In this document: one piece after another, positions 12,171 through 24,127 of the stretch
Layout: every line of letters begins with the position of its first letter
Position numbering within the stretch: position 1 is the stretch's first letter
Made by a program: the position numbers and the translations under genes
The notes under the pieces: generated by a model
What the model was told of the DNA's origin: nothing
Seen by the model: only the letters and a program-made list of their open reading frames with translations
Databases searched by the model: none
Assembly: GCA_038087875.1 (NCBI GenBank)
Contig: CM075988.1
Span: 14,076,001 to 14,140,000 of the forward strand
DNA from: Malacoraja senta
Lineage: Eukaryota
Length of the DNA stretch: 64,000 nucleotides
Direction: 5' to 3'

Positions 12171-14650
12171 AATTAATGATGATGATTTCTTTAAAGCTCA
12201 GATCCCCGATATTTAATTGATTCAAATAGGTACTAGATTCCAATCGCAGTGGAAAATACTGCAAATGTTATTCAACATTATATGTCCTGGTGCTTTCACT
12301 TGAACAGATGATTACAGAGCAGCTTGCCCGCTGAACCCTGGATTGAAAATGCAGTTGAATACAGAATAGCAATCAAACCTGAAGTCTCTCCCAAAGATAC
12401 TCGAACAGAAAATATAACCTTTCATGCCTAGTCTTTTTATGCATAAATCAAAGCCAAAATGACTTTGTTTTTGAAGTGGTTGAACCCATTTCCAGCAGGA
12501 ATCCCATCCATTGGGAAATTGGACTTGACACTTCCTGCACTGCATCACCGTTACACAAGTTTTGTTTGCCCGTGGTCTTTGCTACATGTGATGAGGTGAC
12601 AATGTTCAGGGCTGGTTTTAATGACAGAAATTGAATTTTAAAATCTTCATGCGGGAATATAATGTAGCCACAATAAAACGAGGAGTCGATCATTCCTAAA
12701 GTCATGAGTCATGTGTGATGCAAGTACTGTTGATAGGATACTGCTGGGATATTGTTGCTACATTTTAGAGCACTATTTTCCTTTGGGTGTTATTGCATTA
12801 CAATGCCTGCCATACCCAGCACTGGTTATAATTGTAGCCTCTGCCTCATCCCCAGTCTGACTGTAGTCAATCATGGACTCCCGTCTAAAAAGGCTGTTGT
12901 GGAGAGAACCATGTGCCGTTAAACTCTCCCTCCACTCCCGACCTTGAGCAGTGTCTGCCACGCGGAGTATGCTTTGCTGATCCGACTGGATTCCCAGTAG
13001 TCACTGTGCATGACCCAATGGGAAATGCACAGAAAATCTTTCTAAAATTAGATAAGGATGCCGATCGTCCTGGGATTTCCACTGATATCTTCAATTTTTG
13101 CAATTGGCTGCCAAACACAAGGTGGGCAACTTTAATTTTTAGGCATCTCTGTTCTTATTTTAGATTTGTGACATTCAAACTATTTTGCTTTTGTATTGAT
13201 TTGTTTATGTGAGTCTTTGTACCCACAACTTGGCTTCCTTCAATAGCACTGGTGGCTTTATATAAATTTGTTCCAATTATTTTTTTCCTGATGTCAAATA
13301 TACTTATACATAATGGGATATCGGAAAAAGTATCCAAAGGTGATCTTTTGCAAGCTTTAAGGCACTAAAAAAACTCCCATTCTCTTTTGTTAACTATAAT
13401 AATATAACAAATACCCCCAAAATTAAATAAATATGTGATTTTATAACAAAGTAGAATCGGATTCCCTGCAGATGTGATAGCCACAGATAAATGATAATTA
13501 AGCCACAGTTTTGGGGCTTTCAGAAACATCATTATCTTATGGTGGTTTAGTAGAGGCAATTTACTTGTTCTTTAAGGGTATCTCAACTGTCTCTGTCCAG
13601 TTGCTGGCAAACAGTAATCTAAACCATGGAGCAAATGTACAAAGGTGCAGCCCAGGCAGCAATCTAGAGATCAGTGCAGTGACTTGAATACACCCACAAT
13701 AGCTGCTCTTATCATCTCGAGGCAGTTGGTGATTTTAAAAGCTCTTAACGAGTACCTTCTTTACACTGACCAATTGCAGTATGATTTCAGCATCATAAAG
13801 TTGCATTTTCACACATTCAATACAGAAATGCTAATGGTCCATTTGTGCTGCAGTGTGTGTTGTTCCGCAGTATTATTGGGTGCCTTTGTGTTAAATCGGT
13901 GCAGAGTTTGCAATATGACTGGCTTCAGGGCAGCACGAAAACGCTACAGAACAGTGGATGCAGTCCTTCCAAGAAACTTTTGTTGCCTCACCCTTTTGGC
14001 TAAGGGTCTCCCTCTAGTGAGCAAATGGTTCACAGATGTTAATGCATGAAGTTCACATGACTGGAACAAAAATGGCAAACTCATTGTCAAGCAACAGCAT
14101 TATGGCCATGGTGGTGCATTGCGAGATGATTTTTTCATCCCTTGGAGAATGAGAACCCGTTATGTCTGTTTCCCGAGGCAGTGCTGCTTGGTGAAAGAGG
14201 ATCGCTTTTATAAATGGGGCATGTTTGCTCTGTCACACATTTACGATGGCACACATTGACAGTATTAATGAGATGTTTCAGAAAGCTTCCTTGTGCAATG
14301 ATAGCATTTAAAAAGCAGATAGATTTACAAATCACCCTGCTTAGAGCTCATTAAGTTCATAGGGTGAATAACTTCCATTACACACACCAAAGACCTTGTA
14401 TTTTTTCTGCATGTTATCAGCTAACGAGTTGTCATTTTTAATCTATTAATTAGCACCTTTGTGTTCTATAAAATTAACATCTTCCACTGCTCTTCAATAG
14501 AGAATGTAAAACACTTAATTTGTTAATTAGATACTGCATAATTTTAAATTTGATAATTAAAATATCCAGTGCCATTTGCAGATAGCAATTGAATGCTGAA
14601 AGAACACTTCAAAGAGATGCCCATGGTAGAGCTGTTTGTCTATGTAAAGG

Positions 14651-14874
14651 ACTTATTATTCCAAGGTACACAAAAATGCTGGAGAAACTCAGCGGGTGCA
14701 GCAGCATCTATGGAGCGAAGGAAATAGGTAACGTGAAGAAGGGTTTCGGCCCGAAACGTTACCTATTTCCTTCGCTCCATAGATGCTGCTGCACCCGCTG
14801 AGTTTCTCCAGCATTTTTGTGTACCTTCGATTTTCCAGCATCTGCAGTTCCTTCTTTAACACTTATTATTCCAA
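14651..14874. mobile_element. Young foldback Penelope-derived short element with 14-bp TSD
   Basis: Perfect 72-bp inverted repeat (14663-14734 / 14756-14827); TSD acttattattccaa at 14651-14664 and 14861-14874. Confidence 0.9.
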
Positions 14875-15746
14875 TTCTGTAAAAAATATATTTATCTTGA
14901 GTGAGAAAATGCAGAGTGTGGTTTTATTACAACTAACAAAATATTATAAAGTCTAATGCACCAGTAGTAGAGTTCCTTCAATCAAGAGTCAAGAGTTTTT
15001 AATTGTAATATGTCCTGGCAACAGATTAATGAAATTCTTACTTGCTGCAGCTTTACAAGCCCATTATTGCAATAGCTCCTACTTAACTATAAATGCCAAC
15101 AGTTTATTTTAGAGGTTTGTGGCTTGATAAAAAATAAGCAAATTCCATTCTTTCCCCAAATACCGTAGTTGATGGACTGCCACACTTGCTCTTCCCTTCC
15201 TGCTCAGCAATGACTTTAAATACATTAAAAGATAGAGAGTGCTTGTGTAACTCAGCGGGTCAGGCAGCATCTCTGGAGGATATGAATAGGCGACGTTTCG
15301 GGTCGGGTCCCTTCATCAAACTGGGCAATGTTTTGGGACAGAACCCCAGTGTTGGCATTCAGGTATAACAAAATATACATTATGATTGATAATTAATTAC
15401 TTGATTTCCAGTTTTGTGTTCTACCTTTTACAATGAACTATTTGGCAAATTTTCACCATGTCTGCTCTTTAACATTTTTATTAATCTTAAATAATAACAA
15501 ATGCAGGAAATACTCAGCAGATCATTTCAGCTGACAACCCAATTTTATTCCTGGGAGAATGACATTTAACCTAAGGATGTTGGCATTTTATTTTCAGTTA
15601 AATACTATTCTTAGAAAAGATTGTCAAAGATTCAACAATCAATGGGCAAAATAAAAGGGGACTGTGAAATAATGAAATGCTTTGATACAGCAGAAACAGA
15701 AGTTAAACTCTACTAATGATGAACAAAACAAGTGGCCTTCACATAA

Positions 15747-16048
15747 AGGGCCTGTCCCACTGTACGAGGTAATTCAAGAGTTCTCCCGAGTTTCCCCTGA
15801 TTCGAACTCGGAGAATTACGGTAATAGCCGCTCATAGGTACTCGGGGCTCTCGTGGACATTTTTCAACATGTTGAAAAAACTTCACGAGCTTGCTGCGTT
15901 TCCCGAGTACCTGCCGTTAGCAAGCCGCTAAGAGACGTCTCGAGCTCCGACGTACCCGCAACGTACATTCTACGTACTTACCACGAGTTTGATTTTTTTT
16001 TAAACTCGGGAGAGCTCTTGGGTAAACTCGTATAGTGGGACAGGTCCT
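15747..16048. mobile_element. PIF/Harbinger-type MITE
   Basis: Imperfect TIR of about 46 bp (agggcctgtcccactgtacgag... / ...ctcgtatagtgggacaggtcct) flanked by TAA on both sides (15744-15746, 16049-16051). Confidence 0.88.
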
Positions 16049-17252
16049 TAAGCTGGCAAGAAATCAAAAATGGAATTTTATAGTTTACCTTAAAAGTGGT
16101 GATAATGTAATCTTGGTATTTAAGAAAGGTGGGAGAGAAAGTAGGGAATTATGCATCAGTTAAACAGGAAGAGGCTGAGACAAATAATATAAATGTATTT
16201 AAGGAAAACTAGACAAGCAAATGAAGGAGAAAAATAGGCCTGGTTTCCTCTTTGTTAACGAATCTCAAATTTGCTCTATTTTTGCATCCACTTGAAAGCC
16301 TTCCTAAAAGTCCAAGTATGCCACATCAATTGGTTTCCCCATATCTACTCTCCCCCCCCCCTGGCCAGGCACTTTCCCCTGCAACATCTGATCCTATACC
16401 ACTGGAGATGTGACACATCACACTAATATGATAATAGAAGGATTCTGAGTGACCCTGTGTCTAATAGCAATATTTAAAAGGGATTTGGACAGGTATAAGG
16501 ATAGGAAAGGTTTAGAGGGTAATTAGCCAAATGTGGGCAAATGGGACTAGCTTAGATGGGCATCTTATTTGGTATGGACGAGTTGGGCCGAAGAACTTGT
16601 TTTCCATGCTTTATGACTCTATGACCTTCCTCCCCTCTAAAATATAACTCTTTGATCAAGGTTGGGGTCACTTATTCTAATATCTCCATCATGGCTTGAT
16701 GAAGTTCCAATGAAGCATTTTCACTGCCAAAACTACAAATTAACTTAGTTATTGTTTAACGCTATTGTTAAACTACAAACATTTCAACAACGAGACAAAT
16801 GAAACCCATGGAGATGCACGGTACTTGGGTGCCAAGGAAACACAACAAAGGCAACAATGCAATATTTGAATGAAATTCAAACTATCAATTTGCAGTTATG
16901 CTCAGCTTCAGGGATGCGTAACAATGTAAATTTATCCCTAATTTGGTACCAGTAACAGGAACCAGTAAATGTTGCTTTATCATTAAAGCAGTTTAGTTTT
17001 TCAGAATGCAAACTTAATAAGTAGTTCCATGAAAGGAACACCTAAAACATCAACATCAATGGATAAAAATACACTCATTTTCCTGCCAGACCCTTGTACA
17101 AATTGGACCTAGCACCGGCATTTAATTATTATCTTTGCACCAAGTAATTATACAGGCAAGACTATTGCGACACATGAAATTAAGGAGCAACTACATGCCT
17201 CATGATGCAGGTAAAACAAACATGTAGTTCATTGACAAGTTCGTGTTCTTAC

Positions 17253-17403
17253 CGATTACAGTTAGATGTGCGCTGGCAGTGATGCTTGTGACCACATTAG
17301 TGGCAACACATTCCCATTGTCCGTGGTCCTCTTTGCTGAGAGCTTTGAATTGGAGGCTGCCGCTTGGAAGGATGTTGTGCTTGCTTTTACTGGGCTTCCC
17401 TAC
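17253..17403 (-). CDS. IGSF9B: IGSF9B coding exon, Ig5 second half (151 nt)
   Basis: Acceptor gtttaaag|, translation VGKPSKSKHNILPSGSLQFKALSKEDHGQWECVATNVVTSITASAHLTVI+G, donor |gtaaga. Confidence 0.96.
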
Positions 17404-19900
17404 CTTTAAACAGACAACAAACCAAATACATACTTCAATCGAAGCTAATGCCAACTTTCCCCATCTCATTATGCTTACTCAGCACATTTCACAGTTGGTT
17501 CACACACACACACACACACACATACAAACAATGCTGGAAACACTCAGTGGGTCAGACAGGCTCAGTGGAGAGAGAGAACCAAATCAATATTTCAGATCAA
17601 TAGTTTTTCTGTCGAAGTGAGAACAATGAGAGAACAGCAGGTTTTAAGCTGCGAAAGGTGAGAAGATAAGATCTATGATTGTGTGCCAAAATGAGACAAA
17701 AAGTAAAAGAGATATGAATGGCAGAAGTAGTAATACTATCTGAAATTATCAAATGAAAATATCCGGAAGCTGGAAATCTGAAATATGAATTGAAAGTGCT
17801 TGGAATACTGTGTATCTAAGGTGGTTGAACTCCATACAGAAGACTGCAATGGACTAGTCACAATATCAGAGGCTGTTCATTGAATTTACACCGAGCTTCT
17901 AAAGAATGGTGCAGGAGGTCAAGGACAGAGATAAGTGTGGGTGTTGGATGGAGCATTAAAATGATAAGTTTAGATGCTCAGGATCACATTTGTGAACTGA
18001 CTGGAGGTGTTCCACAAACACATTGCTTCATCTGCATTTGGCCTCCTCAATGTACAGGGAACTCGATTTAAGGCAATGAGTACTGTATATAGTGAAGTGC
18101 AGATCAAATGGTTGAACAGAAGGATGGGAGCAACTATCAGTCCTGAATGCTTTAACACCAGCAGTGAATCGGATCTACATCCCAAAGAGCATTGATGAAC
18201 ATTTTCCTCTCACAAAAACTGAATGCTCAGTGCCTTTCTGCTCCCTGAAGCAGCTGAACAGACAGATGAATTACACCAAACAACCAGATAATACTTTCAA
18301 AATTTCAGAATTGATTACAAAGCAGATTCCATTTCATTTTGCTGTCTGCTGCATCTTTGTTCCTGCTTTGTAAAACAACCGTTTGAGTTTTTAACATTTT
18401 CTTTAAATAGACAGTGATTTTCAGCTTTTGAGCAACGAAAGCCACATTGGAAAATCACCCAGAGGGAAGATGGAAACAAATCAGTACTTAAAAATAAACT
18501 AGCATGGCATACAATTATGTTCCCTCCTCCTGGGAATGCAGAAACAATAACAACTATCTTTACAGCTAATTTACAGTCAAGAAGCATTCGGGTAATTGTA
18601 TAAACATCCAGGACAAAACTCAAATCTTAATACACAAAATTTCAATCTGCACATATTCCCTGAGGCATTTTTTTGTGATAGAGAATGGGTTTAATGCAGG
18701 AGAGAAATGATTTCTCATTTATATCCTTAGTTTTGAATGCACATTTTTCCTGTTTATTACACCTGATGGATACCGATGTCAGGAACTATCTCTGTTTAAC
18801 ATTTGACCTCTGACGTTAATGTACACCATTAGCAGTTATTCTGCATCTATACAATTAAAGCGTTTCGCTTCCAGACCCAAATAAAACTTGAACTTGTTCA
18901 GCATGGATTATTTAGAGTATATTTAAGAAACATTTAGATAGACACTTATATGGGCAAGGCATTGAAGGATATGGACCTAATGATGGCAAATAGGATTAGT
19001 GTAGATGGGCAATGGGTCAGCATGGATATGATGGGCAGAAGGGCCTGTTTAATATTGTACAACATTATAACTATGATAAGCTGAATAAGCATGGAAGTTG
19101 AAAAAAAGGGACATGCTAAAGAGGTGACTATCTAGAAAATGATATTATTTATGTATTGTTTCAAACACATAGTCATCTGCATTCAGATTCTTTAATAAGG
19201 TGGACAAAGAGAAACTAATGAAAGTAGTATTTGAAAAGGGATGGGATAAGAGTTTGTTTTCTAAAAAACAGTAGTAGGAATATGCTACATAGCCACTCCA
19301 GCTCACTCCAGCCCACTCCAGCCCACTCCACTATTCAATATGATCAAGTCTGGCCTGATCAACTTCTGGTCCATTTTCTAGATAATCCCCTTGTCACTTG
19401 ATTCTCTTGCAATCCAAAAAATATATCTCTCAAGCTTGAATGTATTTAATGAGTCATGTCCAAAGCTCTCTGGAGTATAGAGTTCTAAAAATTCACAACT
19501 GTCTGGAGAACAAATTCTTCCTTATCTTAGTTTTTAATGGTTGCTTTCCTATCCTGAGACTGTGAAATAAAAATTGAAAATGTTGGGAGTAAGCAGTGTC
19601 TGTGCGTGGAGAAATGTAAATAAGATTTTACGCTGTCAGGCCTGCTCAGTGTTTCAGCATTTTCTGGTATTATTTCATACATCTGCAGTTTGTTGAGTTT
19701 CATTTATTGAGATAGTTTTTCTGTAAGATCAGCTCTCATTGTTCTAAGCTTTTGTGAGTATAGGGTCAATATACTCAACCTTTCCATGTAAGATGACCCA
19801 TTCTTCCTGAGTATCAATCTTTCCTGTAAATCCTTCCGTAACTATGGAGACCAAAACTGTATACGAGGCATGGTATCATCAATGCCCTGTACAGTTAGAT

Positions 19901-20135
19901 CACGGGCTCCCAACCTTTTTCGTCCCGTTTACCCTAGGCAACTTTAAAAGCACTTAACAATGTCATTTCACTTATTTATGAACAACTAATGATGAACAGA
20001 TACTGGTATACCAGAACTAAACGCAGTCAGTCAATGAGAAAAAAATATGTACAAAACAAGAATCAACAAATTTACCCCCTGGGTAGGCAGAATTTACCCC
20101 CTGGGGGTAAATTTACCCCAGGTTGAGAACCCTTG
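19901..20135. mobile_element. hAT/Charlie-like MITE inserted in a CR1 fragment
   Basis: 16-bp imperfect TIR cacgggctcccaacct / aggttgagaacccttg; degenerate 8-bp flanks agttagat/agctggag; CR1 sequence resumes on both sides. Confidence 0.7.
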
Positions 20136-21381
20136 AGCTGGAGAAAGACTACTTTATTTGTGTACTCCTAATCCTTTGCCTGACAGCCCATTGACCTTCC
20201 AAATTCATTACTTTCCCATTTACAGACACAAAATGCTAGAGTAACACAGTGGGTCAGGCAGAATCTCTGGAGAACATAGATAAGTGGCATTTTCAGGTCA
20301 GGACCTTTCTTCAGACTGGTTGCAGTGGGGGAAGGGGGAAGTGGGTGGGGGGGGGGAGAATGCTGGAAAAGAGTGACAGGATAGAACATGGCCATACCTC
20401 GAGCCCCCCCCTGCATTCAGTCTGAAGATATCCACGTCACCTACCCACATTCTCCAGAGATGCTCTCTGACCTGCTGAGTTACTCCAGTACTTTGTGTAT
20501 TTCTTTGGTACAACCAGCATCGACAGTTCCTTATAATTATATTTCACTTTTGCACTTGTTTCTGCATTTTCAGAGCCCATAGACACAATATATTCAGTCC
20601 TTTATCTTTTATTGATAGAAGTTGTAAATAGCTGAGGCACCGGCACTGATCCCTGTGGCACCTTATTAGTTAGAGCTTTCCAATCCAAAAATGATCTATA
20701 TACAGTATCCCTGCTGCTGGTTTTCTGTAAATTGACCAGTGTTCCATCCACTCATATATTACTCTCAATATAATATATCCTTACCTTGTGCTATGACTTT
20801 CCATGTAGAATTTATCAATGTTTTGGAAATCCTAGCTACTTTCATTAGTTCATATTAAAGAATCTAAATGTAGATGACGATATTTTGAAATTATACATAA
20901 TTTTCTTAACCCGTTTCTTGCTGGCTTGAACTTGGAATTCTTGAGCTGTTGGCTATACTTAAATGCCTCAGCCAAGTGGCCAGTTATCAGGTAAAACTCC
21001 GGCTGACCTGACATCAGACTTGACCATGTACTGCATTGTCCAATATGGCAAATGTTACACTGAAGTCCAGTCAACTATCTCAGATGACCAAGAAATATCT
21101 CATGGTACAAATGAGATAGATTTCCAATTGTTATGCCTTAACCAAGAATTAATGCAGTTGATCTGGTCGTTTATCTCATTGTTGTGTGGGCTAGATTGTC
21201 ACATATGCATAATTCTAACAGTGACTGCACTTCAAAAATAACATTTATTTAGCTTCAAAGCACTTTAGAGCACCATGAAACATTAAAATGTGGCATGTAA
21301 GAGCAGGGCATCCTTTTCCTTACTACTAGTGCAAAGCTTTCAGGCATGGCACATCTTAGAATTTAACCACATCCTGATCTC

Positions 21382-21919
21382 GGTTTGTCAAGGAGGACTC
21401 TCTCTAACTTCTACAGGTGCACAGTAGAGAGCATGCTGACCGGTTGCATCGTGGCTTGGTTCGGCAACTTGAGTGCCCTGGAGAGGAAAAGACTACAAAA
21501 AGTAGTAAACACTGCCCAGTCCATCATCGGCTCTGACCTCCCTTCCATCGAGGGGATCTACCACAGTCGCTGCCTCAAAAAGGCTGGCAGCATCATCAAG
21601 GACCCACACCATCCTGGCCACACACTCATCTCCCTACTACCTTCAGGTAGAAGGTACAGGAGCCTGAAGACTGCAACGACCAGGTTCAGGAACAGCTACT
21701 TCCCCACAGCCATCAGGCTATTAAACCTGGCTCGGACATAACACTGAACTTTACTAGCCAATACTGTTATTTGCACTTTATCAGTATATTGACCATTGTG
21801 TATATATTTATAGAATGCCTTGTAGTAAATGCCTACTATGTTTTGTTGTGCTCAAGCAAAGCAAGAATTTCATTGTCCTACCAGGGACACATGACAATAA
21901 ACTCACTTGACTTGACTTG
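21382..21919 (+). mobile_element. Rex1/Babar-type LINE, 5'-truncated 3' end
   Basis: Open 118-aa C-terminus NFYRCTVESMLTGCIVAWFGN...LLPSGRRYRS...RFRNSYFPTAIRLLN, then 3' UTR with aataaa and a (CTTGA)n tail. Confidence 0.88.
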
Positions 21920-22364
21920 TTCCTTTGCAGCATGTAACAGCTGTCTGACCGAGCCCAGTAAGTATTGGGCGGTTGGATCATATTTAATTCTGAATCAAGT
22001 GCACTCAGTATTCCAGTTATCAAACTGCTTTTCGCAAAACTGCAGTGTTTCTTTATTGCTTATAATGGAAAATTGAACATTGTGATTACGTGCTGCTGTA
22101 GATAGAGTGTTCCACAACAGGAGGGGAATCGAGAACCAGTGGACATCGATTTAAGTTGAGGGATGAAAGTGTTAATAGGAACCTGAGGGGTGAATTTTTT
22201 TACATAAAGAGTGGTGGGTGTATGGAACTAGCTGCCAGAGGAGGAAGTTGAGGCAGTTGGGGCAGGTACTGTCATAAAGTTTAAGAGACATTTGGACAGG
22301 TACATGGACAGGATAGGTTTAGAGGGTTATGGGCCAAGTGCGGGCAGGTGGGACGAGTGCAGAT

Positions 22365-22946
22365 GGGAATAGGAATAGGAATACTTTATTGTCAGATGTG
22401 ACTAGGCACTGGGAAATTCTTTGCTTACATACACAATGTATAAAAATAGCTGCCACTGGCAAAGTTACAAATCACACCGGCTCTCCCTTTTGTCCCCCCC
22501 TCCCCCCAATAGTTCCCCCAAACCAGGTCCCTATTGTCCAGTTCTCCCCCCACCTCCCTCACGGTCATCCTTTGTTCTTCCCCTCCCCCTTCATGGTGGT
22601 CCTCCACGCTCTCATCGAATGTCGACCGCAGGTCTACCCGTGAGGCACTACTGCCGCTGCGAGGCTTCACCAATGCTGAGGCCCCATCATCGCGAGGATT
22701 TATCACTGCCGCCGCTTCACCGCCGCCGAGGCCTCACCGCTGTCGACGCCCCACTTCATGCCTCCGTGGTGCCGACCCGGGTCCCAGCCGCGGGCTCCGT
22801 CGTACATTCCGCCGAACCGGACTCCGATCCGCGAGGCCCCGGCCGGGCCCCGACACAGCTTCTACGTGACAAACCATGAGGCATCGAGACCTCGGCGCCT
22901 CGACAAAGGCCTCCGGCCACGTTCCCAGTCCACAGTCGCGGCCCGT
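22365..22946 (-). mobile_element. GC-rich non-autonomous retroelement inserted in a CR1 3' end
   Basis: (GGAATA)n tail with ctttattgtca (aataaa on minus). The host CR1 gcagatggga|catgttggtcagc is split by the insert. Confidence 0.6.
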
Positions 22947-23062
22947 CGGGACATGTTGGTCAGCGTGGGCAAGTTGTGCCGAAGAGCATATTTCCATACT
23001 ATAAGATTCCATGACTTTATAACATTTTACAAACTGATTTGCCCTAAAGGACACAGGGAAAG

Positions 23063-23201
23063 GATTAAAGATGCAGGTAGACAAAGGTGCTGGAGAAACT
23101 CAGCGGGTGCAGCAGCATCTAAGGAGCGAAGGAAATAGGCAACGTTTCAGGCCGAAACCCTTCTTCAGACTGATGTAGGGTGATGTAGATTAAAGATGCA
23201 G
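23063..23201 (-). mobile_element. Short Penelope-derived insert with 14-bp TSD
   Basis: TSD gattaaagatgcag at 23063-23076 and 23188-23201; the body matches the 3' terminal repeat of the Penelope at 61.7 kb. Confidence 0.85.
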
Positions 23202-24010
23202 ATTGAATAAGTGTTTTCCCTCAGCTTTCTCTTGAGGAGATTGCTCTCTCCAGCGGAAGTTGCATTTTGCACTTCGCTTCACAACTCTCAATGTCTGAGT
23301 AATCAGCCTATGATTAAGAAATTAAGTGCAGAGAGAGAAACAAACAAGTGAAACATAGTGCTGCTAAAAATAGATAAAATTATCTTTGAATAGGTAGTTG
23401 TAGTAAGAATTTTCTTAATGATTTATTTGGGTTAAAAAAAATCTAAAAGCCCGTTCACTAACATCAATAATTTTGGAAGGGCTCGATATGTCAGGCAACA
23501 CATCACATTTGTTGTCCAAAAAAGGACACTCAGTGCTGGAGTAACTCGAAGGGTCTGGAGAAAAAATTAAACTGCAACATTTCAGGTCGGGGCCTCCTTC
23601 AGATAGTGGTGGGGATGGGGGGCAAACGCTGGAAGAGAAAGGCTGGTAAGTGATAGGTGGAAAAATCTCAGAGAAGAAAAGGGAACACGTGTGAGATAAA
23701 GATAGAAGATGCACACATTTTGAAGTCAGAGGAAGGAATGTAGGTGATAAGGGAAGGGGCAGAGGGAGAAGGGGAGAAATGGGTGTGAATCCCAGTGGGC
23801 ACAGGGAAGAGAGGGGAAAGGATGAGTTGTCCAGTGCACTCCCCACCTCGCACATTCAGCCTGATGTAATTATACCAAGACTTGCTCAAACCAGTGCAGT
23901 GGGTTTTGCTCATGCAATCAGTAACCATCATATGAATGAAAGCAAAGCAATTTCCGCACCTCCCCTGACAGCTTCATTTGTGGTTAAAAAGAAAGCAAAG
24001 GTTCTGGTAC

Positions 24011-24127
24011 CTTCCTCCAGGAGATTACAGGGAATGGATCACCTGCAGCAGCACATGGAATGACCAGTTCTCGACCGACCTCCTGTCGATATTCCCAGCC
24101 TGGTAGCACCGTAAAGTAAGGGGGATC
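24011..24127 (-). CDS. IGSF9B: IGSF9B coding exon, Ig5 first half (117 nt)
   Basis: Acceptor tttcccag|, translation DPPYFTVLPGWEYRQEVGRELVIPCAAAGDPFPVISWRK, donor AAG|gtacca. Nearly identical to the recalled IGSF9B sequence. Confidence 0.96.

Noticed and set aside
12170..12215. ATGATGA C-box-like motif suggesting an intronic C/D snoRNA
   Set aside because: Part of a short (ATG)n run; no matching D box with a terminal stem identified.
12773..13212. Overlapping ORFs in the TE-free island as a possible nested gene or extra exon
   Set aside because: No similarity I recognise, and the flanking IGSF9B exons already join in phase with no missing segment.
17398..17406. AG|GT at an exon start as a recursive splice site or alternative acceptor
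   Set aside because: GTAGGG is explained by the conserved Val-Gly codons; it is a weak donor and the +4 AG would frameshift.
22329..23138. Cluster of Pro/Arg-rich ORFs up to 152 aa
   Set aside because: They lie in a GC-rich retroposon and CR1/Penelope fragments, are open in many frames and have no recognisable protein motif.
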